From Candidatus Bathyarchaeia archaeon (GTDB taxonomy: Archaea > Thermoproteota > Bathyarchaeia > Bathyarchaeales > Bathycorpusculaceae): DNA of 64,000 bases. The translations under genes were made by a program, and so were the position numbers. Below the pieces are notes generated by a model. The model was not told where the DNA came from, did no database searches, and was given only the letters and a program-made list of their open reading frames with translations. Location of the stretch: positions 1 to 64,000 of the forward strand of contig JBEKHN010000005.1 of NCBI GenBank assembly GCA_050012255.1, written 5' to 3'. This document shows, piece by piece, positions 47,404 through 58,319 of this stretch. Within the stretch, counting starts at the first letter, position 1; every line of letters begins with the position of its first letter.

Positions 47404-49456
47404 AAGAACTGCCCTTAAGAAAGCTGAAACGCCTGAGAAAGAAAGAAGACCGAGACAGACGAAGCCGAAGGCAAAAGCCGAAGAGCCTCGGATAGGAGTC
47501 TTCGTCTGCCAATGCGGTTCAAACATAGCTTCAGTGATAGATGTTGATGCTCTAACAAGATATGCCAGGACTTTGCGGAACGTGGCTCACGCTGAGAACA
47601 TGAACTATCCCTGCAACCACCAGGGTCAGGACGCGATAATCGCAGCCATAAAGGACAAGAAGCTCAACCGCGTAGTCGTGGCCGGCTGCTCACCAAGGCT
47701 TTATGAACCGACCTTTCAAAGCTGTGTGTCTCAAGCAGAGCTTAATCCATGGCTTTTTGAGATGGCAAACATCCGAGAATTCGCATCCTACTGCCACCAG
47801 ACCACACCTGGAGAGGCAACGGAAAAAGCAAAAGACACAGTTAGAATGGCCGTTGCCAAAGCAAGACTCTTGGAACCGTTAAAACCGATAGAACTGCCCA
47901 TGACGAAAAGGGTTATGGTCATCGGCGGCGGAATCGCCGGAATCAACGCTGCCCTAGACTTGGCCGACATGGGTTTCAAAGTTTACATAGTTGAAAAAAC
48001 CGAAACCATAGGAGGCTACATGGCGCTGCTGGACAAGACGTTTCCAACTCTTGACTGCAGTATATGCATCGAAGGGCCCAAAATGGTTGACGTCGGCAGA
48101 CATCCTAACATTGAAATAATCTCTTACGCCGATGTCTTGAAAGTCGACGGGTATGCTGGCAACTTCAAGGTTAAAGTCCGTAAGAACCCCCGTTACGTCA
48201 TAGCTGCAAACTGCACCGGCTGCGGCGAGTGCAGAGACGCGTGTCCGATAGAATATCCAAACTATGCAGACATGTATCTTGGCGTGAGAAAGGCAATATC
48301 GATTCCGTTCGGTCAAGCTGTCCCACTTACGCACACGATCAACCGCGACTACTGCATCGAATGCTACAAGTGTGTTGACGCCTGTGGGGCCCGTCAAGCG
48401 ATAAACTTTGACCAGAAGCCCGAAGAGATTGACCTCAACGTTGGAGCCATAGTCGTCACCATTGGCTACGGAATGTACAACCCTAAGGACCTAGAGTGGA
48501 CCGGCTACGGCAAGTTCTCTAATGTTTTCACAGCGCTGGAGTTTGAAAGGCTTATACTCGCGGCAGGACCGACCGGCGGCAAAGTAGTCCGGGCCTCAGA
48601 TGGGCAAAAACCACATTCTGTAGCGTTCATCCAGTGCGTCGGATCGCGAGACGTCAACAGGTACGAATACTGCTCGAGCTTCTGCTGCATGTACACCCTT
48701 AAACATGCGGTCATGCTTAAAGAGAAGTACAGGGACGCCATCGAAGTCCACGTTTTTTACAACGACATGAGAAGCAACTTCAAAGGCTACGAGGAATTCT
48801 TCAACAGAGCCCAAAAATCCGGAGTCAGATTCCTGAGAGTCAAGCTTGAAAACCGGCGAATAACCGAGGACGCGCAGACCAAGAGCTTGACAGTTTACGG
48901 GGAAACAGAGGACTGCAAGCCTGTCTCAGCAGAGGCGGACATGGTAGTCTTGGCAAACGCGGCCGTTCCAGCCGAAACGGGGCCTGAGGTGGCAAGAATT
49001 CTGAACATCCCCCTTGGAAAAGACGGGTTCTTCAAGGAATGTCAACCCAAGATCAGGCCAACAGACACTGAAGTGCCTGGAATATTCTTGGCAGGCGCAT
49101 GCCAAGGCCTGAAGGATATTCCCTACAGCGTAGCCCAAGGAAGTGCCGCGGCAGCTCAAGCTGCATCTGTTCTCAGCAAAGATTCATGGACCGTTGAGCC
49201 GCTCGTTGCAAAAGTCAACGAGGAACTTTGCAGCGGCTGCAGAATATGCGAATCAGCCTGCAGTTACCGCGCCATCAACGTCGAGAAAGTTGACGAAAAA
49301 CCCGTCGCAAAGGTTGTTGAAGGCTTGTGCCGAGGCTGCGGCATCTGCAGTTCTGCTTGTCCGATGGACGCGATAACGATGCCGAACTATTCGGACAACC
49401 AGATCGTGACCCAGATTCAGGCAGTCATGGAAAAAAGGGTGAAAAAGCGTGAGTGA
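47396..49456 (+). CDS. hdrA: heterodisulfide reductase subunit A
   Basis: RIGVFVCQCGSNIA, GGGIAG, KTFPTLDCSIC, QCVGSRD, YCSSFCCMY. Confidence 0.95.
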   Translation: MPRRTALKKAETPEKERRPRQTKPKAKAEEPRIGVFVCQCGSNIASVIDVDALTRYARTLRNVAHAENMNYPCNHQGQDAIIAAIKDKKLNRVVVAGCSPRLYEPTFQSCVSQAELNPWLFEMANIREFASYCHQTTPGEATEKAKDTVRMAVAKARLLEPLKPIELPMTKRVMVIGGGIAGINAALDLADMGFKVYIVEKTETIGGYMALLDKTFPTLDCSICIEGPKMVDVGRHPNIEIISYADVLKVDGYAGNFKVKVRKNPRYVIAANCTGCGECRDACPIEYPNYADMYLGVRKAISIPFGQAVPLTHTINRDYCIECYKCVDACGARQAINFDQKPEEIDLNVGAIVVTIGYGMYNPKDLEWTGYGKFSNVFTALEFERLILAAGPTGGKVVRASDGQKPHSVAFIQCVGSRDVNRYEYCSSFCCMYTLKHAVMLKEKYRDAIEVHVFYNDMRSNFKGYEEFFNRAQKSGVRFLRVKLENRRITEDAQTKSLTVYGETEDCKPVSAEADMVVLANAAVPAETGPEVARILNIPLGKDGFFKECQPKIRPTDTEVPGIFLAGACQGLKDIPYSVAQGSAAAAQAASVLSKDSWTVEPLVAKVNEELCSGCRICESACSYRAINVEKVDEKPVAKVVEGLCRGCGICSSACPMDAITMPNYSDNQIVTQIQAVMEKRVKKRE

Positions 49457-51956
49457 GCAGTCGGCCCTGAAATCCCCGGCGAAAGTTGAGGAACCGCGCA
49501 TCGGCGTTTTCGTGTGCTACTGCGGTCTCAACATTGCTGGCACCGTGGACGTTGAGGATGTGGCCGAGTACGCCCGCAAACTGCCCAACGTGGTCTATGT
49601 TAAGACAAACCGTTACACGTGTGCCGACCCAGGTCAGGAGGAGATACGAAAGGGCGTAAGAGACCATAAGCTGAACCGCGTTGTGGTTGCAGCTTGTTCA
49701 CCCAGAATGCATGAGCCAACCTTTCGGAGAACTGTATCGGAGGCTGGGCTGAACCCCTTCCTGTACGAGATGGCAAACATCCGCGAGTTTTCGTCCTGGT
49801 GCCATCAAGGAACGCCTAAGGAGGCAACTGAAAAGGCAAAAGAACTCGTTAAGATGGCCGTTGCGAAAGTGAGACTTCTTGAACCGCTAGACGTGATCGA
49901 GGTCCCCGTTACTAACAGAGCGCTAGTCGTAGGTGCAGGCGTTGCAGGCGCAAGCGCCGCCGTTGACCTTGCAGAGATGGGTTACCAAGTGTACCTGGTT
50001 GACCGGGCCGAAATAATGGGCGGCCACATGGCTCAGCTCGGCAAAACCTTCCCCGTCTTTGAATGTTCAAACTGTCCACAGCAGATTCACTGTCCCAGGT
50101 TCTCATGCGTTGCCACAAGAATAGGCGCTGCGGCCGTAAATCCAAAGATTAGACTTCTTGCTTACACCGATGTGAAGCATGTTGAAGGTGTCATAGGAAG
50201 CTACAAAGCCAGCGTCGTAAGAAAACCGCGCTTCGTCGACGAAAACAAGTGCATAAGCTGCGGCAAGTGCTCTGAGGTCTGTCCTGTTGAATCATTGAAC
50301 AAGTTCGACGCGGGCATGAGGAAACGCAAAGCCATTTATTTGCCGTTCGCGAACGCGACGCCTAACACTTACACGATTGACAATGAGACCTGCCTTTACT
50401 TCAAGGACGGAAGCTGCAGGAAATGCCAAGAAATCTGTCCTGTGGATGCTGTGGATTTTGAGCAGAAACCTTCAGAGGAAAAGCTTGAAGTCGGCTGCAT
50501 GGTCGTAGCAACGGGCTACGACATCTACGAGCCATACGACCTCCCAAACTACAGCTTTGGAAAACACAAAGATGTCATCACGGCCCTGCAGCTTGAAAGA
50601 ATCATAGACACCGACACTCAGCTTCTCGGAGACCTTCGCAAACCTTCGGACGGTAAAATGCCTGAAAGCCTGACGTACATACAGTGCGTCGGCTCGAGGG
50701 ACATAAACAAGTTCGAGTACTGCTCAGGCTTCTGCTGCATGCTCACGCTCAAGAGCGCCGTTTTCCTCAAGGAGAAGTACGGTGACAAACTGGAAATCAA
50801 CGTGCTATACACTGACATGCGGGCAAACGGGAAAGGGTATGAAGAGCTTTACAGAAAGGGTCAACAGCTGGGCATAAACTTCATCCGTGTCGGCCTTACG
50901 AACAGAAACGTGAGTGAGAACGCGGAGACAAAGAAGCTCGTGGTGCGTGCTGAGAAGGAAAACGGTGAACCTGTTGCAGTTGAAACCGACCTGGTCGTGT
51001 TGGCAACGGCCGCGGTGCCGAGCCAGGGGTCGGAAGAAGTTGCAAGGGTCTTCAACATCAGCCGGGGAAGCGATGGGTTCTTTATGGAGAGCCATCCGAA
51101 GCTGAAGCCCATAGACACGCCGTCAGACGGTGTTTTCGTTGCAGGAGGTTGCCAGGGGCCGAAGGATGTTCCTTACAGCGTTTCTCAGGGCATGGGAACA
51201 GCTGCTAGGGCAGCAACTGTTCTTTCTAAGCCGACGTACAAGATTCAGCCCATAGTAGCCGTGGTTGACCCAGCAAAGTGCCGGAACACCAAAGTCAAGT
51301 GTGGCCTCTGCGCCAAGGCCTGTCCGTACGGCGCGATAAGAGCAGTTGAAGGCCAGGTTGCAGAGGCGATGAGTGCAATGTGCCACGGCTGCGGCACGTG
51401 TGTTGCCGAATGTCCAACAGACGCGATAACGCAGAAGCATTTCACAGACGTACAAATAGTGTCCCAGATAAGAGCTGCGTTGGAGACAGACGCAGAAGAT
51501 AAGATATTGGCGTTTCTGTGTAACTGGTGCAGCTACGCTGGCGCCGACTTGGCTGGCACAAGCAGGTTTGAGTATCCGCCGGTTATTAGGCCGATCAGGG
51601 TGATGTGTTCGGGCAGAGTTGACCGCGACTTTGTCCTTGAAGCTTTCAGGCTTGGAGCAGGCACGGTTATGGTGGGCGCCTGCCACCTTCCCTACGACTG
51701 CCACTACATCAGTGGAAACTATAAGATGAAGGCCAGAATGGACGCTTTGGCGCCGATGCTGCAGAAGCTCGGCATGAGCCCTGAGCGATTGCGTGTAGAA
51801 TACGTGTCGGCAGCTGAAGGTATCAAGTTCGCTGAGGTGGTCAAGGAAATAGCCGCGCAGATGAACGTGCTGGGCAGGGAAAAGATAATGGCGGAGAACG
51901 CGAAGATGCGGCCGATCTTGGAGAACATGCTGAAGAGAAAGGAACAGAAACAGTAA
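49449..51956 (+). CDS. hdrA: HdrA-MvhD fusion
   Basis: HdrA motifs plus C-terminal FLCNWCSYAGADLAG...RVMCSGRVD...DCHY (MvhD). Confidence 0.92.
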   Translation: MSEQSALKSPAKVEEPRIGVFVCYCGLNIAGTVDVEDVAEYARKLPNVVYVKTNRYTCADPGQEEIRKGVRDHKLNRVVVAACSPRMHEPTFRRTVSEAGLNPFLYEMANIREFSSWCHQGTPKEATEKAKELVKMAVAKVRLLEPLDVIEVPVTNRALVVGAGVAGASAAVDLAEMGYQVYLVDRAEIMGGHMAQLGKTFPVFECSNCPQQIHCPRFSCVATRIGAAAVNPKIRLLAYTDVKHVEGVIGSYKASVVRKPRFVDENKCISCGKCSEVCPVESLNKFDAGMRKRKAIYLPFANATPNTYTIDNETCLYFKDGSCRKCQEICPVDAVDFEQKPSEEKLEVGCMVVATGYDIYEPYDLPNYSFGKHKDVITALQLERIIDTDTQLLGDLRKPSDGKMPESLTYIQCVGSRDINKFEYCSGFCCMLTLKSAVFLKEKYGDKLEINVLYTDMRANGKGYEELYRKGQQLGINFIRVGLTNRNVSENAETKKLVVRAEKENGEPVAVETDLVVLATAAVPSQGSEEVARVFNISRGSDGFFMESHPKLKPIDTPSDGVFVAGGCQGPKDVPYSVSQGMGTAARAATVLSKPTYKIQPIVAVVDPAKCRNTKVKCGLCAKACPYGAIRAVEGQVAEAMSAMCHGCGTCVAECPTDAITQKHFTDVQIVSQIRAALETDAEDKILAFLCNWCSYAGADLAGTSRFEYPPVIRPIRVMCSGRVDRDFVLEAFRLGAGTVMVGACHLPYDCHYISGNYKMKARMDALAPMLQKLGMSPERLRVEYVSAAEGIKFAEVVKEIAAQMNVLGREKIMAENAKMRPILENMLKRKEQKQ

Positions 51957-52065
51957 CGTGCTTCTGTGCTTGTGTGAGTTGAGTTTGTGTAGGCTCGGTG
52001 TTTCGCGTTTGACCCCCCTCGTGTTTTTTAGTAACGTCAGTTGTAATGTTGTGTGGTAACAAGTC

Positions 52066-52650
52066 TTGAAGAAGCAGACAGGTATGTGGGTCGATGCTCA
52101 AGTGTGGGGTGCCTACAGGATTCTTTGCAGCCGCGAGAAGCTGCGGCCGTCCGAGCCGTTAGAGGAGTTTCTTAAACTTGTGCTGCGGACCGGTTCGGCT
52201 TTATCGGTTTTGAACATGATGCAGGGTATGGCGAAGGCGAGGCTTCAAGGTTTGGAAGCTTATGCTCGCGTACTCCTCAACTGGTACAAAAATGGAAAGC
52301 AGTGGGTCTACGTCTCAGATGAGGGTGAGGCCCCTGTGGAAACGATGCTTTTGCACGCGTTGAAGGACGTTGCGGACCCGCAGCTGCGCAATGATATACA
52401 GGAAGCCCTAATGATGAAGCCCAGCAAACAGGCCGACGAGAAAGAAGGGAAGAGAAGAATAGATGCGAAAGAAGAGCCAGCGACAAAGCCAGAGGTGCCC
52501 GCAGAGCCTGCAGCAACCGCATTCTCGGAAAGAATCGGAATGATCGAAAAGCAAGTTGCGAATCATGAAATGGGCCCGGAACAGGCGATGAAAATGCTGG
52601 AGAAGATACGTCAAATGCGAAAAAAACTCAAGACTGATGAACAGGGTTGA
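52066..52650 (+). CDS. hypothetical protein (probable mobile-element relic)
   Basis: 194-aa ORF at the edge of a patchwork region; possible RHH-like N-terminus. Confidence 0.6.
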   Translation: MKKQTGMWVDAQVWGAYRILCSREKLRPSEPLEEFLKLVLRTGSALSVLNMMQGMAKARLQGLEAYARVLLNWYKNGKQWVYVSDEGEAPVETMLLHALKDVADPQLRNDIQEALMMKPSKQADEKEGKRRIDAKEEPATKPEVPAEPAATAFSERIGMIEKQVANHEMGPEQAMKMLEKIRQMRKKLKTDEQG

Positions 52651-53026
52651 AGCTTGAACCGCGCAGAGTTCCAGGATCCCAAAAAACCATAAACCCTAGA
52701 CACGAGCAATTGTCCTTCCACCCCTAATAAAAGCGCACGCGGATTTGTGAACGTGCCAAGGGGCTCTCAACGCGGGCCGGCCGGGCGCGCGCGGTTCATG
52801 CGACCGATGGTCGTCTTCACTTGATAGTTAGTTACAAAACTGTACGCGGATTTTATTGAATTCGCGTTTATTCATAAACAAAGAAAATGATGGGGATTTG
52901 TGCGTTTGTAAGTGATTTTCCGTTCTCACTTCTTTACGGGCTTTTTCTTCTTTCCTTTTGCGGCTTTGGGCACTATTTTGGCCTCAAATACAATTATCGC
53001 GTTTTTTTATTTAAATTTATGGTTGG

Positions 53027-53411
53027 TTACAAAACTGTGCGCTGATTTTTGTTGGGTTGCGAGGTTTCTGGTATCTTGTCGAATAGTACTTGTTTGAAGT
53101 GTTCTATGTTGCGTTCTATCATGTTGAGGGATGCCTGAGCGTTTTCCTTTGAGTCTTTGCAGCTCTGAAGAAGCCATGTTTTGAAAAGGTCGTATAATCT
53201 GCTGGTAAATAGGTATTGTAGGCTGTTTTCGTAACTCTTTTTCGGTTCAAGGATACACTGAACTGCAAGCTTGAGTCCGTAGAGGTCGGCAAGTGTCAGG
53301 ATATTCGTTACGTACATTGTTTGTTCGTCTAAGGGAAAGGACTTGAAACGTTTTTTGTTTTCCAGAGTGTGCAAGAGCATCTGTCTAGTCTCGAGGCTTT
53401 GCTTAAGATTC
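53027..53411 (-). pseudogene. C-terminal fragment paralogous to the wHTH protein 19107..19769
   Basis: NLKQSLETRQMLLHTLENKKRFKS...WLLQSCKDSKENAQ versus QLEKSLEFKELIAHNLENEKSFKS...WFLESCRQSKENTQ; homology starts at GCGCGCTAG. Confidence 0.85.
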
Positions 53412-53729
53412 TAGCGCGCATGCCTGTTCCCAAATTCGTTTGCAGAGTATCTTGTGCTTCCGGCTTTACTCCGCCTATGGACAGTGATGGACGTCGGGAT
53501 ACGACGAGCATCGTTCAGAAGGCGCAAATCAACTCTATCACACTTAAAAATAGGAATTTAGGAACACGCTAGCGCGCGCTATGGCGATTGGGGGTGTTTC
53601 AGTCATTAACCACACTTTGAAGTCTTTCGATCAGAACCATTTCTATCCATTCGTGCGAAGGATTCCGTGCTATAACATTTCTTTCTGCGTAGCCTCTGCC
53701 AAGGCTTAGATTCAGCCAAGCTTGTAGTC

Positions 53730-56700
53730 TTATCTTCCGTCCGGTTTAGCCTTGGGTATGTTTATTGTGAATTGTGCTCCTTTGCCATGCGTGCCTGTTT
53801 CGCTGATCGTCCAGCCATAAACCTCCATCATCCTTCTAATCAGGTAAAGCCCGTAGCCTGAGCCTTTGCCAGTAGTGAAACCTTCAGTGAAAAGCTTGGA
53901 TTTTGCGTCTCGAGATATGCCAACGCCATCATCCTCATAGATCAGCTTCAGCTTGTCCTCGAATTCCTCATAGCGAACTCTGATTTGAGTTAACTTCTCG
54001 CCATACTTGAGCGAGTCATCAATCAAATTGTAGAAAAGCTGTCTCAGGAGCGAATCAGCCAACACGGTCAATCCTCCGCACTCGTTCGTTATTCTGATGC
54101 CCTTCAAGTCTGGGAAGAGCGACGCTGCCTCGTCAACAGCCTTGCCAACGTTCATGTTGACCAGTTGTTCGACGCCCAGCTTCTCGTATGTTCTGGCAAA
54201 CTCGAAAATGGCTTCCACGTTTCTGACCGCGTTTTCCATGTCGGCCAACTGCTCCAACGCTTCAGGGTTTCCAGCCAGCTTTCGCCTTAGCAGATAAGCG
54301 TTTCCAGTTACCGCGCAAAGCTTGTTTCGCACATCATGCCTCGTGAGGCTACCAACAACCCGCAGTTTTTCCTCCAGATTCTTCCTTTCCAAAATGTCGC
54401 GGAATACCACCAGATCCGCCGGTTTACCTTTATAATCGATTTTCGCCGCGTTTATTTCGTACACCAGTTTTCCCCCGTCCTTCTTCAGCATTTCGACTTC
54501 GTACGGTTCCACGTGCACTCCCATCATCCTTTCGGCCAAGTTCTTTATCATTACTGCTTTGGTCCTCGCCCCAAACATTTCTACTTTCAGCAAGTTCTTT
54601 CCGACAAGCTCTTCTTTCTTGAACCCAGTTATTTCTTCCACTTTTTGAGTGACTTCCAAGATTTTTCCTCTTCCATCCACGACAGCCACCGGGTCAGCCA
54701 TAAGGTCAAACAACATTTGGAAATGCTTTCTCGACTCTTCCGATTCTTCCTGCGCCCTTTTCAGCTCTGTGATGTCCTTGTACAAAACTATGTCACCTAA
54801 ATGCTGGCCTTGGAGCACGATTGGGGCAGAGGACAAGGCCACAGGAATTGGAGAGCCCTTTTTGTTCTTCCTAACAGTCTCATAGTAGACGTATCCTTCC
54901 TTGCCTCTCTGGGCTAACATCAACGCCTCTTTTCTCCTATCCTCTGGCACCACAAAGTCGTCGAGGAATTTTTCCTTGACTTCGTCAAAAGAGTATCCAA
55001 AAAGCTCGGTGAAACGCGGATTAACGTTCAAGACTCTTTCGTTTGGGTCTACGTACACTGCCGCCTCGGGATTACTCATGAATAGCTGTTCAAACTTCTC
55101 TTGATTCTCTTGAATCAGCTTTTCTGCGTTCTTTCGTTCAGAGACATCTCTCATGACTACTTGAACGCCTACAGGCTTGCCATCTTCAATCAATAATCCA
55201 GGATGCACTTCTGCCCATCGACTCGTTCCATCTTTCCGAACATAAAGGAATTCAACTGGTGAAAGTGGTTCTCCATTCATCAGTGAGCTGAGCATCTCTT
55301 GAAATTTTGGAATGTCCTCCACTGGAATAGTCTTCAACTCCGTGAATGGCTTGCCAACGATTCCTTCGTCAGAGTCATAGCCCACTAGCCTCAGGAAACT
55401 ACGGTTGGCCGATGTGACTATGCCTTCTGCATTCACAGCTACTATGCCGTCGGGAGCCAGCTCAATCAGATTTCTATATTTTTCCTCAGATTCCTTCAAC
55501 GTTTGTTCTGCTTTCTTGCGTTCGGTGATGTCTCTATGTATGACTTCTATACCGATGACCTTGCCTTTCTGTTTATACGTGCTAACACTGAGCTCAAGCG
55601 GAATGGATTCTCCTTTCTTGTTCATTCCCCTTATTTCGTATACGAGGGGAAGTTCCTCTTCTGAGTATTTTGTCTGATATTTTTCTAGAACCATGGCGCG
55701 ATCGTCAGGGTGGACAAAATCCAAGAACGCTTTGCCTTTCAGTTCTTCATCAGTGTATCCTGATGATTTCTTGAATGCTGCGTTGTAGTCTATGAGGCGA
55801 CCTTCTCTTCCAACGAAGATGCCCACAGGGTCTTGTATGCTTTCGAACAAGCCCCTAAACCTTTCCTCAGACTCTCTTAACAATTCCTCGCTTTTCTTGC
55901 GTTCAGTAATGTCTTCTATTGCACTCACAAAGCCTATTGGATTGCCAGAAATGTCTCTTAGAACGCTCGCACTAACTGACAGCGCCCGTCTGCTGCCATC
56001 ATTGGCGATAATTGTGTATTCTATGCTTCTCATTAGACCTTGCTTCAGGACTTTTTCCATGTTCTCCATTGCCCTTTGCCTGTCTTCCTCAGCGATGGGC
56101 TCAAGAGCACTTCTTCCGACAGACTCGCTTCTTGACGAATACCCAAAAATCTCCTGAGCCCGCCCATTGCACTCCACAATTTTCCCATTCAGATCAATAA
56201 CGAGAATGGCGTTAGGAGATGCATCGAACAAGCTCTGCAACCTCCTCTGCCTGTCAGATGACTCGCTTTCGTTTTTCTTGGTTTCAGTGATGTCCAGAAC
56301 TATGCCGACTGTGCCTGCAAATCGTCCATCGTGATCAAAAAAAGGGGCACCGGAAATCAGAGCATTCCGAACAGTGCCGTCGCTCCTGCGGAATACGGCT
56401 TCATAGCGGCTGGCCTCTCCTTGGCGGCGTCGTTGTGTCTCATTTTCTATTTTTGCCCAGTTCTCATCGTCGACTATTTTGTGCAGGTTCATGCCTGCAA
56501 GCTGGTCTTGTTCGTAACCAACGATGTCAGCGAATGCTTTGTTGGCATAAACAATGTTCTCTTCAGCATCCACATACGAGATTCCTTCAACCGCGTTCTG
56601 ATAAATTGTTCGGAGCTTCTGGACTGTCTCCTTCATCTGAGCTTCTGCGGAGTGTTTCTCCACAGTAGACCGCAGACAATGTGCCAGTTCACAATACACT

Positions 56701-57095
56701 GCTTCAGGATCGCCAGTCTTGTTAACATAGTGGTCAGCGCCCAGACTCCACGCCTTAACAGCAACTTCCTCTCTTCCTTTTCCAGTGAACATGATAAATG
56801 GGATAGTGTTTCCGTTCTTTCTCAGCATTTCCAGAAATTCAAGCCCATCTTTCCCAGGCATCTGATAGTCCGAAACGACCGCGTCATAATGCTCTTTCTG
56901 AAGCTTCGCTAACGCTTCTTCAACTGAACTCGCGGCGTCCACTTGGAATAGGCCCTGCAACTCCAAACATTGCTTCGCAACCTTCAGCAAAGCAGGCTCG
57001 TCGTCAACATGCAAGACACGAATCTTCGACTTCTCTGTGGAATCGACAACTATCTCGGCATGTGACTGAACAACAGATTCAACCATGCAAATCAC
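53730..57095 (-). CDS. hybrid sensor kinase: REC, about six PAS domains, HisKA/HATPase
   Basis: VLHVDDE, DYQMP; PAS repeats ending DITERK; RHDVRNKL, DDGVG, GSGYGL. Confidence 0.93.
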   Translation of the reverse strand: MICMVESVVQSHAEIVVDSTEKSKIRVLHVDDEPALLKVAKQCLELQGLFQVDAASSVEEALAKLQKEHYDAVVSDYQMPGKDGLEFLEMLRKNGNTIPFIMFTGKGREEVAVKAWSLGADHYVNKTGDPEAVYCELAHCLRSTVEKHSAEAQMKETVQKLRTIYQNAVEGISYVDAEENIVYANKAFADIVGYEQDQLAGMNLHKIVDDENWAKIENETQRRRQGEASRYEAVFRRSDGTVRNALISGAPFFDHDGRFAGTVGIVLDITETKKNESESSDRQRRLQSLFDASPNAILVIDLNGKIVECNGRAQEIFGYSSRSESVGRSALEPIAEEDRQRAMENMEKVLKQGLMRSIEYTIIANDGSRRALSVSASVLRDISGNPIGFVSAIEDITERKKSEELLRESEERFRGLFESIQDPVGIFVGREGRLIDYNAAFKKSSGYTDEELKGKAFLDFVHPDDRAMVLEKYQTKYSEEELPLVYEIRGMNKKGESIPLELSVSTYKQKGKVIGIEVIHRDITERKKAEQTLKESEEKYRNLIELAPDGIVAVNAEGIVTSANRSFLRLVGYDSDEGIVGKPFTELKTIPVEDIPKFQEMLSSLMNGEPLSPVEFLYVRKDGTSRWAEVHPGLLIEDGKPVGVQVVMRDVSERKNAEKLIQENQEKFEQLFMSNPEAAVYVDPNERVLNVNPRFTELFGYSFDEVKEKFLDDFVVPEDRRKEALMLAQRGKEGYVYYETVRKNKKGSPIPVALSSAPIVLQGQHLGDIVLYKDITELKRAQEESEESRKHFQMLFDLMADPVAVVDGRGKILEVTQKVEEITGFKKEELVGKNLLKVEMFGARTKAVMIKNLAERMMGVHVEPYEVEMLKKDGGKLVYEINAAKIDYKGKPADLVVFRDILERKNLEEKLRVVGSLTRHDVRNKLCAVTGNAYLLRRKLAGNPEALEQLADMENAVRNVEAIFEFARTYEKLGVEQLVNMNVGKAVDEAASLFPDLKGIRITNECGGLTVLADSLLRQLFYNLIDDSLKYGEKLTQIRVRYEEFEDKLKLIYEDDGVGISRDAKSKLFTEGFTTGKGSGYGLYLIRRMMEVYGWTISETGTHGKGAQFTINIPKAKPDGR

Positions 57096-57275
57096 ACTTT
57101 ACACTAGTCCACTACACGCACGTGCACCTGTGACGTTGTTTTGAATGTCCTTCTCCTGATTAAACACTTATGAACACAAAATCAATACTCAATGGCAACC
57201 CCTCCAAAACCACACAAACACTCAACACAAGACCAACATTCAGCCGTAAAAGCGCGCGTGCAAAGCGTTCAAAAC

Positions 57276-57309
57276 GAAGACGAGAGTTCGAATCTCTCCC
57301 GGGCTACCA
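57276..57309 (+). repeat. isolated tRNA 3' fragment (T arm, acceptor strand, CCA), tRNA-Gln-like; probable att remnant
   Basis: GAAGACGAGAGTTCGAATCTCTCCCGGGCTACCA; no matching 5' half upstream. Confidence 0.75.
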
Positions 57310-57719
57310 CTCTCGAGTTTGATTATACTAAATTCTGCTGAGAGGTTTCGCTCATTTCCCCTCTTTTTCTGTTTCTAGGAGACGATCATCCTTGAATGAG
57401 TGTAAAGTCGTTCTTGTTTTCAGAAGGTATGAAGAGTTTTGGAGGTTCTGTTTTTCAGAGTGCAGAGATTTCAAGCTCGGTTGTGCTAAGTCTTGCAAGT
57501 TTAGGAAGGCTCTTGTTATCTCCCATGCTGATCGATCCAGCTACTTCTTGCCGTTAATTCATAATACTTGTCGATGGAGAGATGAGCAGCGCGCGCTACC
57601 AAAAAAACAACCTGCAATAAATCTATTGCTATCCTGTGTTTCTCTGTTCTTTAGCTCTTTCAGCTTGACTAGAGCCTTTTCTTTGAGGGGCAATCTGGAT
57701 TTCTGCGATATTTGAAGAA

Positions 57720-57875
57720 CTAAGTTATACTTGTTCCTGTTTTCTCTCTACAATACCAACAATAGCCTTCTTCATCCATATTATAGTCTTTACATTTTGG
57801 ACAAAGTCTTCCTTGTCTTGATTCTTCAAGAAATCGTTTTCTTGGTTCTTTCGAAGTTTTTTTCTCTTCACTCAT
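57720..57875 (-). CDS. 51-aa Zn-finger protein
   Basis: GAGG RBS; CPKC...CWYC. Confidence 0.6.
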   Translation of the reverse strand: MSEEKKTSKEPRKRFLEESRQGRLCPKCKDYNMDEEGYCWYCREKTGTSIT

Positions 57876-57924
57876 TTTTAAACCTCTAGTTTGTCTTCTG
57901 TTTACGCGCAGATAATGCGCGCGC

Positions 57925-58101
57925 CGTGAAAGACAATGATTCACCCGTCCTCTCCTTGTAATTATGCATATACTCACGGGCCTTAGTCACGTCAAGCTCA
58001 ATCAACCCGTAGACCCGATTCTTCACTGCCATGTTATCCAGCATCTCAATACCCCAACCGCGATTCTTCCTTACTTCCCGAAAAGTCCCTATGTAATCCA
58101 G
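57925..58101 (-). pseudogene. N-terminal fragment of a 2-oxoacid dehydrogenase E2-like acyltransferase domain
   Basis: VYGLIELDVTKAREYMHNYKERTGESLSFTA, then GCGCGCGC at 57917-57924. Confidence 0.65.
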
Positions 58102-58319
58102 CTCTCATCCCAACCCAAGACTATTCGCAGATACTATTTGTCAACCTTGGCAGTAAAAGACCTTGCGCAACATAATCTAAGCGCGCGCTACAATGTTGAG
58201 ACAGCACTGCAGAATATCAGACATAATCAAGGGTGGCGTTGTCAGGTGGCTACCTCATGAAGAGGCTTGAGAGAACTAAGAGACTAAAGAGAGATAGACT
58301 ATTGCGCTAATCTCGCGCG

